From NCBI RefSeq assembly GCF_964355755.1, contig NC_092674.1:5146001-5210000 (forward strand): a DNA stretch of 64,000 nucleotides. The letters run 5' to 3'. Below the pieces are notes generated by a model that saw only the letters and a program-made list of their open reading frames with translations, was not told the origin of the DNA and made no database searches. This DNA comes from Antedon mediterranea (Eukaryota; Animalia; Echinodermata). The translations under genes and the position numbers were made by a program. The stretch's first letter is position 1. Every line of letters begins with the position of its first letter. Below are positions 37,425-50,088 of this stretch, piece after piece.

Positions 37425-40400
37425 ATGGCTGCGCCCTATCCGCTACTTGCGTGTGAGTTTAAGCAAACATATTGCTTAAAACTTGTATTTTATGATAACT
37501 TTTGTAGAACTATTGTTTGCATAAATTGTAGAGTTATAAATTATTGATTAAAGATGCTACATTTGTACCTTTTAAAGATAGAATATAAGGCTAGGCCTGC
37601 CGACAAAGCAAGGTCCTTTTTTTCGTGGTCATCGTCGTGATGGGCACTGAGTTGAGTAGGTGTGAGGCACCTGCATTCTCACCAGGACCAGGACGTAGGG
37701 CCTAGACCAAAAGGAGGTCCAAGCAACATTATAGTTGTTTTAAGTAAACATTAATTACTCGTTTTCCTTGAATTAAAAAAGTACTCACATTATATTTTTA
37801 TAATTGTTGTCTTTTTCTAATAAAATAAAATGTTTGGATTTATTTTTTGGTGAAGTTAACTCCTATCCTATTAAATTAAAGATGTATTGTCCCTTTTTTG
37901 ACTAAATATGTATATTAATGAAAATATTATTTGTTTTTATTTTTTTTGGTAGAAGTGATTAACTTGATTAAAACTACAAAATGCCTATTCAAAAATAATA
38001 ATAATAGGATTTTATTATTCTTCATTTTTCATGACACAATACATCTTCAATTATTTATTGATTAATAATGCACTTGTCAATTGTATGACCCACTATACGA
38101 CCCCCGGGAGAAGTGCGTCATGGGTGCGTCATTTACAAATAATTACTGACGCAGGGGTCAAAAAACCTAGATGGTACGTCACATCAATGAACAAGGTGTG
38201 TCAATGTCCGTCACTTTATCACCCACCACATCATAAACAACATGGTCACAGTGCGTCAAAATGGGTGCGTCATGGTCACCTAAAGGTAAGTCACCTTTTT
38301 GACGCACGGGTGCGTCATGGTATTCAAAAGTATGACGCACATCGGACAAATGACGCACCTCTCCCGGGGGTCGTATAGGGGGTCATACAATTGACAAGTG
38401 CATAATGCCAACTTACTATCTAACATGTTGTTTTTTTAAAGTAAGAGGAACACAAGGTGTCCGCTTGTGTCGACCAAGTGCTCCCCGAGATGAAGAAGAA
38501 GATGCAAGAGGAATTTTTATCCCTAAAAGGTTCAAGTAGCCATTTTTTTACCAGTTTTTGATTTGTGTGAACTGCATTTATTATTTTTTATACATTTCAA
38601 GTTTACCTCAAGATTTTAGGTGCGTGATGTGAGAGCTAAAGTAAACATGAGTAAAAAAGCATCATGTGTAAAACTTGAAATGCTATTCAATGTTATATAT
38701 GAAAATGGTTTCAAAAATGTTTATCATAACTTTATTTTTTACAATGATCAACACTTATGCTCAGTATTATCAATTATAGATTTCTCATTTTCATAAATTC
38801 TAGACTGAATGTTATTATTGGAAATAAAATGAATATTTTATTAATAATTCATTAATACAATTTTGTGTTTTCATCAGTTCTCAAGGACTTTACAAAGTGT
38901 TTATATTTAGTGAAGATGGAAGTCTGTTTTCCTGGTGTGATGGAAAAAGGTACAGATTTAAACATGTATTTAATTTATATATTGTTTGAAGGTTTGCATG
39001 GCAAAATAAAATGTTGACATCAAGTTTGCGGTACACCACATTTATTTAGTTCTGAAAAGAACTGTTGAGTTTCTCGACATTTCAATCAATATGCTTTGAT
39101 CGTCCTCTGGATTGAGAATGCAGAATGTTCAGGCAACTGGAAATATAAGTGAAATAGGTTTCCAGTAAAATACTGAACCTTCTGCATTATCACTCCTGAG
39201 GACGATATAGATAGATATATATTGATAGAAATGTTGAGAAACTCAACATTTCTTTTGAGAACTAAATATAAACTTGTATCAACATGTATAATTTAAAAAT
39301 GAATGAATTACAAAGTAAAGCAAAGGTCAAGTTCAATATTGAATATCGAAACGTGGCAGGCTGAAGGCGCTTGACCTTTGACAAGATCGCCTAAATTTTT
39401 AATATATTAACTTTACAATACTTAGTGTTGTATATTCTGGTACAGCCGCTCCATAATCTCTTTGCTTTTCTTCCTTATATCTATATTTTTTAATTTATAC
39501 TAACAAATATCTTTTTTATTAATATAATAATAATAATATATCAAAAATTTATTAAATAATATTCATCGCATAATATGCAATCTACGATAATTTGATTAAT
39601 TGATATAACAAATTTATTAAATACATAACATCATTTGAATAAAAAGAACAAATCACATATCTACACATAATCATAACATCGTATACTCTATCTCTAACAA
39701 TTTTTTCAATCTTCTATCGACTAAAGCCGAAGTATAGTCGTTATCTCGGGACCGTTCTATGGCCACCACCAGGTAGGCTTACTTCATTAAGGCTTCTATG
39801 AATGGATGTACTGGTTGGGAGCAGGAACGCTAGTAGACCAAACTCAGTACCGTTTTGATTACGATCAATCGGGAAATTACCTCATGACGATACAAAAGTT
39901 ATTTTTTCTAATTATATAACAAATATAACATTACATATAATATTCATTTTACCAAATATATCTCCTATTATAGTGTTTTTGTACGACATACCGTATCAGG
40001 CAAAGATGTTCTAAGTTTACCTAGGCCTAAAACTTCAGCTCTAAGTTTTTCACCAAAGGGGTCTTATCTTGCCACTTGGGAAACGTATGCAGGTAAGACT
40101 GTAATGCATTGTCTACACTTTCAAAAAAAATGTGATGTGGCCATGTATGGACATGATGATGTCATATCAATACCCTATTTAGGCATATCACTACCATATT
40201 TTAGCACACTCTTTTTGTCAAACTAGTTGGATAGAGCTTTAGACATCATTACATTTTGTACTTTTACTGTAACCTTTGCAATTATCCACATGATTTTATG
40301 AAAGTTTCATATCAAAGTTTCTTTCAATTTCAGTCACAAAAGATATTCCTGCTGGCACGCCTAACTTCCATATTTGGAATATAAAAACAGGGGAATTAAT

Positions 40401-43400
40401 GACATCTTACGTTCACAAGAAACTTAGTAATTGGTAAGGCTTTAATTTGATAAAAATTGAGATGCTCAATTGGCTTGACCAGATCTCTGCCCTTGACTCT
40501 CCCTGATACAGTGGTGTAACGGCTATGAGCGCTCACTGGCTAAACACCTGAGCAGTGACCAGAAGAAAAAAGAGGCATTAAAATATGTCGAAAAAGGCTA
40601 AAAACATTCGAGGCCTTCAGCGTTGGAGGGCCAGTTAGAGTTCCTAAATCAGGGCCTCAAACCTCTGCTTTACAACACTGCCATACTAATATTGTTATAA
40701 ATTATGAAATGAAAATGTTCAGTAGCATCACTTTTAACCATCACTTTCTTTTTACTTATTGAACTTGTTACTGTATATAGGATGCCACAATGGAGTGGAG
40801 ATGAGAGTATATGTAGCAGAGATGTCAACAACGAGATTATGTTCTATGAAATACCCAATTTCAGTAAGATAATATTTATACAATTCAAATTTGTTTTGAT
40901 ATAATTCCCCCATAACATATTGTAATTTTATTGTAAAAAAATGCAGCAGTTCAGCTTTTGACTGCAAATGTATTGTTCTTGTCATAATAAAGATACCACG
41001 ATCTAGGAGTGTTCTGGGTATTATATATAATAGACCTCAGATTTAGATTCATAGAAGCCCTTTATCATTTTTTAAACAAGGAGTTGGTGGGGAGAAGGCA
41101 CCAGCCTGACCCAAGCTCTTTACCCACCTATGATTTTATTTATTTATCACAGTAACAATTTCCGTTATGACAACAACATTTCTTTATAATTCTGTAGAGC
41201 AAGCAGCTAATAGACTGCATCTTGAAAAAGTATCAAATTGTTTTATATCACCTGGTGAAAGTCCATTCAAGATAGCAGCTTATGTTCCAGGTAGCAAAGT
41301 AAGCACAATACCCACTTTTAGGCTGGCAAGCTAAAATCGAACCAATCTTCATGACCACCTGGGTAGAGCTGCTTGCCATATTCCTTTTTGTACATAAGTT
41401 AGGGACCCCTCATGGCTAACATATATACAATATTTATTAGTCATATCCATAAGGTGTGACGTAAGAATTGATCCACAATTGCAATTGAACTAAAATTCAC
41501 TAATGCAAACGCTTTCCGTTGAGTCGTCTGTGTACTCGAATGGATTAGACTATCGACTTTGCATTTCGTTGTATGGGGTTAGAACAACTTTAACAACTTT
41601 TTACTTTAAAGCGAGAGAGAGATTGTTTAGAGGGTTAGGTTAAGTTATATTTAGGAAGTAGTTCGGCTATCTTTCATAGTAAGTCCCCAACTTATGTATG
41701 GAAAAAAAATCGCAAGCTGCTTTATTTTAACTGTGTATTTTATTTTTTAGGGTGGGCCATCATTTGTAAGGATGTTTAAGTATCCAAACCTCAATACAGT
41801 CGGAGCAGCGATTGCAAACAAGAGTTTCTTTAAGGCAGATAAAGCAGATGTTTTATGGAATAAAAAAGGTAGCCATATTGATCTATAAAAATGACTTACT
41901 TTCTCAAGTTCTTTTAGGGGTGTAGCTTCAAGAAGCATGAGCGGATGCCAAGTTAAAACTGGGTCTGTGGGTAGAACAAGTCTTCTCGGATAAGAACTAT
42001 AAACTGTAGGTTCAGTGTACACATCTAGCTCATGTGCACTTTAAAGAACCTAATGCATCTTTCGATACGAGTAAGGGGTTACCCCGGTGTAATAGTTCAC
42101 ACAGCCACTGTCACACACAGCCACTACTTAAAAGTAGGTCTTCTAGTAGGCCTCCTGGTTTCATAACAGTCAGTTTGTTGATCTTCTTCTTCTTCTTCTT
42201 CGTATTAGGAGCCAACTTCATATGTGAAGACTCTGCTCCTCCAACTCTGTTTTGCTAGCTCTACTGCATTTGGTTGTGTATTATTGTTCTATTTAGTTAT
42301 TCTTTTACAGAGAGAAACTGACTGCCTTATTTATTTATAATTATTATTATTAATTATTATTATTATTATTGTTATTATTATTATTATTTTTTTTATTTAT
42401 TTTTTTTTTTCCCTTTCTTTTTTTCCCCTTACTTCTCCTTTCACTTTTCTTTCTCTCTTTTCTTCCCTTTCCCTTATCTCTTTTTTAAAGTTTTACTTAT
42501 ATAAATATATATACATGTTTAGTATGAATATATATAATTATTTGATCTATCCTATCTATTATATAATTGTATTGTATTCAGACACCTTGTAAAGATTAAA
42601 AAAAAGAGTAAACTGTACCCAACATTAAACACTATGGAAGTCTACCGTCCGTGCCAACCGCTATCACTTTCCTGGGCCGCTACCTAGGAGGCAGAATAAA
42701 GTAGCTGGATACCCATTTACCCCGCCTCAGCCATCCAGTTGCCCAGCGAGCTGTCACCAAGACAGAGACCCCCAGAGAGTAAGTTGTGACAAGGGGTACC
42801 CTATTTAATTAAGTTTGGACAATATGGGTTTTGAATTCCAGAATAGAAGTACAATTTACAACCTTATCTGGTAGATGATTCCAGTCGATGGCAGTGCGTG
42901 GAAAGAATGAATACCTAAAGTAATCAACTGTTGAGTGAGGAATATGGTATGATTGACTGTTCTCTCTCCGACTGGGTCTACAGGTGTTTTTCATGACCAG
43001 TTTCATATCGGCTGCTACATTGCAGTAGTGTATCTTATGGAACATTAACAGTCGAGCTATCCTCCTCCTCTCTTCCAAGGTTTCCCAACCAAGGACCTTC
43101 ATCATTTCAAGTTTACCAATTAAATTGGAATTATATGGGTCCCAGACGGTGTTAGAATACTCTAATAGAGGGCGTACACAACATTTATATGCAAGGCCTT
43201 TTATCTGTTTGTTCCTGACACACAAGTTTCTTCGCAAAAAGTTGAGTGCATTATCTGCCTTGGAAGTTATGGCATCCACATGGGAGTTCCACTTCATATC
43301 TTGGGAGATGTTGACGCCAAGGTATTTAGCAACATCAACACTCTTTATTTCGCTTCCACATAGGGTGTATTTCTGCTTTACTTTCTTCTTCTTCTTTCTT

Positions 43401-46400
43401 GTTATTGTGAGAAGCTCACTCTTTTCTGGGTGGAACTGCATTTGCCATGTCCTACCCCATTCTTCAAGTTTGTGGAGATCAGACTGCAGGAGACCGCTAT
43501 CAGTATTACTTGTAATGGTGGTATATATCATGGTGTCATCAGCAAATAACCGGATAGTAGAGTTGAGACCATAGCTTATGTCATTGATATAAAAAAGGAT
43601 TGTTGAACTTACGGCGATGAAGATGAAGTGGATCACTAAATATATAGGCTTATTTGAGTATGTTTTACAGTAGGTAAATGAATCTTAATCTTTGTGATTC
43701 CCAGGTTCCGCTGTTTTAATTATTACATCGACAGAGGTTGATAAGACTGGTGCATCTTACTACGGTGAACAAGGCCTACATTATCTTGCTGCAGATGGTG
43801 GAAGCAGCGGGGTTGCTCTTGGTAGGTTGAAATGTCCAATTATCCCAAGTATTGTAATCGAATTACATATCAAAGTGTCAAAATATCTTTTTCACCAGAC
43901 AAAATGTCTCAATTCAGTGGCGGAATTTGGAAATAGTGGGGCCCATACCCTAAAAGTAGTGAAATGAAGTTCTGAACTTAATTTGATGTCCTATCTTTTG
44001 CATTACAATTTGTGAAATTTAGAAGGGGCCCGGGCCATTGAAATGGATGTCCCAATGAAGAAAACATCATCGATTTTTTAAAATTATTAAAATAATTTAT
44101 ATTTTGGATTTTCGTTTTGTATTTCCAGGTAAAAAGGGACCAATTTACAGTGTTGATTGGAATAACAATTCTACAGAATTCTGTGCTGTCTATGGATGTA
44201 TCCTTTTTTGACCGATATAAGATTTAATTTACATTATTTGATAGATTAGAATTACCGTAGTTTTCTTAACAAGATCATTAGTCATGCCTGCCAAAGCGAC
44301 GTTATTCAACCTCAAGTGTGAACCAATCTTTGACTTTGGAACAGGACCACGCAATTCAGTATTCTTCAATCCTCAGGGAACTAATATCCTTTTTGTATTG
44401 TCTTCCCTTTTAAAGTTTGATGTTTAAGGAGGCACAGACCAGTGAACGTATCACCAATCACACTTAGGTTAAGGGAAACACTTACCCTTAAAATTAAGAA
44501 AAATCTCCTATCTAAGTGAATACAATTTAAGGGTTTATTTATTGAGTTAAGTGAAATACTTAATATTTAAGGGAAATATCTCACTTTGATTGGTGAATAT
44601 GGCCACTAGCATTCAGAAGATTTATTATTGTGTACACTTACGATATCTTATCTAACTTAAATCCATGTGGTTAAATGTACTTTATACTCTTATTGGTGTC
44701 CCATTCTACAGGCCATTAATTTTGGCCATATACTAACATTAATACTGTATGTATTGAAGATTAAAAAATGTTATTGCCTTAACTTACCATCACTTCTATG
44801 CATTGCTGGCTTTGGCAACCTTCGTGGTGATATGGTAAATATACTTCCAGATTTTGAAAATGTTCTGAAGAAAAAAATAATAATAATAATATTGATTAGA
44901 ATTGTTTAATTTCATTTAAAATAATCAACCTAATTTTGTTTTATTTTAAAGGAATTTTGGGATCGAAAGCAATTGAAATTAATATCGAAACCTCAGGCAT
45001 CAGATTCTACTTTCTTCCAATGGTGTCCAGATGGAGAGCATGTGGTGACCGCGACTTGTTCACCTCGTCTACGACAAGACAATGGGTGAGATTTTCAGAC
45101 ACAGTATTAATGTTAGAATATGGAAAACAAATAATGGCTTGTAAAAAGACTCTAGCATGGGACACCAAGACAATGTTTGAGTATTTCTAGATGGTACTAT
45201 ACAGATAATGTGGCTTGGTGGTTATGATGCTTGTCTACCAATCCAAGGGTCCTGGGTTCAAGTCCTGTCTCCACTCCACTGCCAAAGACTTGTATTAAGA
45301 CTTTGTTTATGTAGAGCATCTTATGTATATGTTTGTGTTGTGAACAGGATTGCCACCTTTAAGAATTCATGTATGCTTAGCCTTTTGCGATTTGCCCAAA
45401 TATATGATTTTCAAAATGTTTAAATGTGGAGACACAGTACAGAGAATCAGGTGATTAATTTATATATGAATGTATGGGTTTCCAGGTCATGTGACTACCT
45501 CATTGATTTAACAATCGTTTTTATATTGCAGATTTAAAATTTGGCATTACAACGGCGAACTACGAAACACGTTTCAGTATAGTGCTGGTGATGAATTATG
45601 GGAAGTTGGTTGGCAGCCGTTCCCATTGGGTGTTTTCGTTGCTAAGCCAATTGTAAAACCTACTGTATCAGTTGCACAAGCTGAGGCAGCAAAACCTGGA
45701 GTGTATCGACCACCCGGTGCTAGGGGTAAACCCCCACCCAAGAAAATTGTAAGTTGGCGGTTTGATATTTTTATATTTTAAAGATATAGCAGACCTCCCA
45801 GGAATCGTAGTTTGGTGTAGTTTTTCAATTGTTATTGGACTCTTGTTGTTTGGTCATTCTTTCAAAAATTCTCTCGATATTTAACTTTTCTAAGTTGAGA
45901 CCTCTAATGTAGTATTAAGAATTTATGTATTGAAATGTTGAATCAATTTTAAAGATGTGTTGTCCCCAAAAATCATGAAAAGTAAAGATTTATAAGGTCA
46001 GACTTTTAATAGCCCATTTTGCAGTTATTCACTTCCATAGAAAAAAAACAGAAACAAAATAATGATTTCATTTATAAAAAGACAAATAAACAGTTAGATT
46101 TAAATAAGTAAATAATTTGTTTTCCAATTCAATTCTGGTCAAAGTCAATAACTATTATGTGACATTAAAATGGCATATTCAACAAAAAAAATTAAAACTT
46201 TTTTTTTAGTCCGAGTTAGAGCCTGCTGAAAATATGAAGAAAATTGCTGTAGAGGGTGTGTATGTTTTCGATTATTAGTAAACATTTTATTGTACATTAT
46301 AATATATCTTTGCTATTAAACATTCTTGATATTTTCATTCAGAATTTTACACAAATTATAATTTTATTTTTAGAATCTAATTTATCGAAGTCAGCTTTGA

Positions 46401-49400
46401 AAAATAAAAGAAAAAGAGAAGCCAAAGCAAAGGCTAAAGATCAACAAGCACATGACGGTACTTTAGTAAGTTTTAAGTTTATTATATTATAATGGCTCTT
46501 AAACCTTGTAATGGATTCAAATGACACTTTCTGCTACCATATTTAACTCACTATGCACTTTCCTATAAGCATTAATTGTTACAAAGTATTTCAAAAAGTT
46601 CATCAAAGCATGCTAGCTTTTATTTGTTATTAACTCATTTTAGATGTCACGGTCCAGTGATCAGCGTGATGCAATAGCTATGACGAATTATATTGTGGGA
46701 GGAGCTACAACTCGACAGCAGCCAGTCAGTGAAGGCAATGCAGATGACGACAAGAAGATTAAAGCATTGAAGAAGGTAATGTTATTAAAAAATTTAAATA
46801 AATATTAAAAATGAATTTGATTCGATATTCAACATTCTTCCATACACTTATGCATGTGCATGTTCGTGTAAGCTCAGCGGTTTTGAAGTCAAATGTCAAA
46901 TAAGACCATTTTAATGCATGTCAAGACGTTTTAGTTGTTGAATTTAATGCTTACATGAAAGGGGCATAGCATACAAGATGGAAGAATAGAAATGTTCAGA
47001 TTAAATACAGCGATTTTTAAAAACAGACAAAAACAAAGCAATAAAGGTATTCTTAAATCTTGCACAAGAAAAGAACACATCTGTATCAATTGTATTTACA
47101 AAACATACAATTGTGTTCATATGGTCCCTATGTAGGCCTAGATTAAAAAATCCCAAAATTATATTTAAGTGAAAATGTAGTGGAAAAAATCCATACTACA
47201 TACACTGCCATACATTCTTCAGGTAGTTCTATATGGCCTCTAAGTCCCCTTTATAATCTAGCTAGGCCCCACTATACAGATCAATTTGATAGGCCTAGTA
47301 GTAGTATATGTCCTCCAAGTCCCCTTTATAATCTAGCTAGGCCCCCACTATACAAATCAATTTGATATGCCTAGTAGGCCTAGCTTTTAAACTTACCTTC
47401 TTTACCCAGTTTGATAGTAATTTTGGTGTATGATTGTATTCTTTATACTTTTACTTCTGTTGTCTGTTCACATGATGTCCTAATAGCCATTATTTTACTC
47501 AAATAATCAATTAGTGCATCATCTTAGTTCACCTGTCAAACTCACACTCACATGTTTATTTTGACTTCATTGTCTGCTAAAATCTCTCTTCTCTGATTTG
47601 TTGAATCTTCAAAACTCAACAGTTATCATACAGACATACATTAATGAAATGTTATATAACTCTGTAAAAAAAATCAGTTCTTCATTGTTTTACTAAATAA
47701 TTTTATCAAAAGTTCATTGATCTAGACTGATTTAACATTAATAGTAATATTTTTTATTTTCTTTAAATTATCTGTGGTTCAAGTAGGCCTGTTTATTTGA
47801 CACATTGCATTAAAGATGTATTGTCCCCCTGAAAAATTAATTCTTAACAATTTTTCTGTGGAATATGCCATTTCAATGTCACCAAATAGTTATCCACTTT
47901 GACCAAAAATTGATCCAAAAAAAAGTATTTACTTAAACAAATTTTGTATATTAATATTTTTGTCCTCAGTGAGGAAATTCGGATTAGGCCCTCCACAGAC
48001 CCACGGCAGCCAGCAGTGCAGCGCCTACCAGATTAGGCAATGAGAGTAAAGCATCTTGCCTAAGGATGCAATTAGTATGGTACAGATAACCTCGAACCCA
48101 TGCCTATCACATGCTAGTCCGATATTACCATTACACCATCACTCTCCAGTATATACAGCACCCGCCACGATTTCTAGACGGTCTCCCATCCAGAACGCAA
48201 CCGGGCCCAACGTTGCTTAACTTCGGTGATCTGACGAGAACCGGTGTTTCAACGCAGTATGACCGTAATGTAATTTAAAGCAAAAAATAGTCAAATTGGC
48301 TGCCAGCCAATGTGTTTTTGGTTGAATTTAACCATTTATTTTGTAATTTTGTAAGTGAAAACTTTTTTTCCAGTTTTTTTTCTACAGGAATGATTAACTT
48401 TATTAAAGCTACTAAATAATGTATTCAAAGGCTCATTTTATTAATTTTTATTTTTCATGTTTTTGGGGGAATACATCTTTAAGTCAAGTCAATGAGTTGG
48501 GCTTGATTCAGTACTAGCCAAAGGAGTTCACTCACTAAGATACTAATCAATTTTGAAGGAGAAAGGGAAAAAGTTTGTTGCCCCCCCCCCCCCCATATTA
48601 CTGTCAATGCTAGTTCAAACATTTCTCATTGTTTTTAGTTAGTAAATCTTGTTATGAGGAAGTATAAGTTTTATTTAAGTGTACACTCAGTTTCAATCAA
48701 ATATATTTTTAATGTGTTTACTTTCAGTTTTATTTTAGCTTTCTTGTTGATATAGTGTCTATTGTTGAACCTTCTGTTTTCTCTATAATATTTAGTAGAA
48801 TACCGTACACAATGAACGTTATGTAAGCCTTCAGGCCCAACACAATTATGCAATAAAGAAATAATTCTATGTTTGTGCAGCTTTACATGCTTTTTTGTTT
48901 TCTTTCTTTTCTTTGTTAGCTTTACTTCACTTAGGAAGGAAGTAAAGAATTTAAAACTAGAAGTCTGCTTTCTATCAATAATATTATTATTACTTGTATT
49001 ACAATACTGATCTCATATGACCCTGCATAAGTACAATATTTGATATTTGAGTGCAATAGGAAGTTGACCTACATTATTCTCTGGCCTTTATAGGATACCT
49101 GGATTTGTTTTTTGCATGAAGGGAGCTTTTGTTAACTTAACTTTAGTTTATACTGTAGTTTCTTTTAATGTAGCTCCACCATTTGTATTTTCAAAACTAG
49201 ATCATTTCAGCTCAAGTATAGGTATAACATGCCATATGTGTCAAAATGTTTTTCTTTTTACAAATAATACCCTTTAACATTGCCTCTAAAATCTCCAGAG
49301 TTTATACACCGGGGCGTCAACACCTGCTAATATAAAAGGGGTCTAAAGTGCCTCAGTGGAGAAGAATGTTGTTGAAAGGGTGTAACATCTAAGTCAACAG

Positions 49401-49708
49401 CGCACTGATCTTCATGAAATAGTGCTATATAAATGTCGCATTACGTAGAGTCTAGAACCCAAATGCGTTTAGTTCAATAATTCACTGAATTCATATCACT
49501 CATATTTGACAATATAATTTATATTAATATATTATAGTAAAAATATTTTTGTTCATTTTACGGTTCTTTTTTCTTCTAGAAATTGAAAGCTATTGAGAAA
49601 CTTAAAGAACAGCAACAGCAAGGAAAGGAACTAGAGAAAAACCAACTAGATAAACTTAAGACAGAAGAAGCTCTTTTAAAGGAAATACGACAGCTTGAGA
49701 TATCCTAG
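37425..49708 (+). CDS. EIF2A: Eukaryotic translation initiation factor 2A, ~595 aa, 18 exons (37425-37452, 38442-38529, 38878-38949, 39974-40092, 40334-40433, 40781-40863, 41198-41298, 41751-41868, 43705-43821, 44129-44197, 44282-44383, 44794-44834, 44952-45085, 45532-45748, 46210-46255, 46374-46465, 46644-46775, 49580-49708)
   Basis: FSPKGSYLATW, ANKSFFKADK, EVDKTGASYYGEQGLHY, EFCAVYGFMPAKATLFNLKC, AGFGNLRG, YRPPGARG, LSKSALKNKRKREAK, KLKAIEKLKEQQQQGKELEKNQL. Phases sum to an open 1788-nt CDS. Confidence 0.95.
38069..38402. mobile_element. Harbinger-type MITE, TAA TSD, in eIF2A intron 1
   Basis: taa|tgcacttgtcaattgtatgaccc...gggtcatacaattgacaagtgca|taa, with ~50-bp TIRs and tgacgca repeats. 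Confidence 0.85.
40509..40680. mobile_element. hAT-type MITE (CAGTGG...CACTG)
   Basis: Uninterrupted relative of the split copy at ~50008-51568. Confidence 0.65.
41950..42201 (+). mobile_element. Deu/Nin-domain SINE with (TTC)n tail
   Basis: tcggataagaactataaactgtagg...gcactttaaagaacc core shared with ~1400-1470; simple-repeat tail. Confidence 0.6.
42335..43610 (-). mobile_element. 5'-truncated CR1/L2-group LINE, antisense in eIF2A intron 8
   Basis: ORF 42809-43636: RLFADDT, LQSDLHKLEEW, KYLGVNIS, RPLLEYSNTVWDPY, SFFPRTAIDWNHLP. Apparent in-frame deletion after KLEM; (TAA)n tail at ~42340-42390. Confidence 0.9.
44198..44281 (+). other. U12-type GT-AG intron of eIF2A
   Basis: 5' site GTATCCTTT, branch TTTTCTTAAC about 11 nt before AG; splicing restores YGF|MPAK. 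Confidence 0.9.
44384..44793 (+). other. U12-type AT-AC intron of eIF2A
   Basis: 5' site ATATCCTTT, branch TGCCTTAAC (44775-44783), 3' AC; splicing restores NPQGTI|LCIAGFGNLRG. Confidence 0.92.
45205..45430 (+). mobile_element. tRNA-derived SINE
   Basis: A box TGGCTTGGTGG and B box GGTTCAAGTCC at tRNA-like spacing, followed by non-tRNA body. Confidence 0.6.
47955..48268 (-). mobile_element. SINE with 5S rRNA-derived head, tRNA-derived second unit, CORE-like domain and LINE-like tail
   Basis: Minus strand: 5S-like tacggtcatactgcgttgaaacaccggttctcgtcagatcaccgaagttaagcaacg...ggatgggagaccg, then TGGTGTAATGG/GGTTCGAGG boxes, then tccttaggcaagatgctttactctc. Sits inside MITE B (47814-48478). Confidence 0.75.
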
Positions 49709-50088
49709 GTATATATAGATATGTTTTGTCTGTAGATATCAACATACAAATTGAACAATTACAATTAAATCTAAATATGACTAATGTAAGAGATACAATT
49801 TCTGTTACATATTAGTTTGATGTCATAGGTCAAATGTGTATGACATGTCACACACAACATGTGTGGCGTGCCATACATATTAACTGACAAACTGAAATTA
49901 TAAAAACGGTGATAAACTTGTGAATATTGTGAACACGCACCTTTTTCCGGTTTGATTACATTTATGAGAAAAATTAAACATTTATTTAAGATTAAAACTA
50001 TTATTAGCAGTGGCGTAATGGCTATGAGCGCTCGCTGGCTAAACCCAGGAGCCCCTAAGCAGTGCCTAGAGGAAACAACAGGCATTAA

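Noticed and set aside
36030-38378. ORFs at 36030-36301, 36865-37095 and 38031-38378
   Set aside because: They lie in GC-rich MITE terminal repeats with no protein motifs.
45205-45275. tRNA gene
   Set aside because: A and B boxes are present but there is no convincing acceptor stem and it continues into a SINE body.
48153-48268. Functional 5S rRNA gene
   Set aside because: Diverged internal control region and 3' end, no T-run terminator, fused to a tRNA/CORE SINE body.
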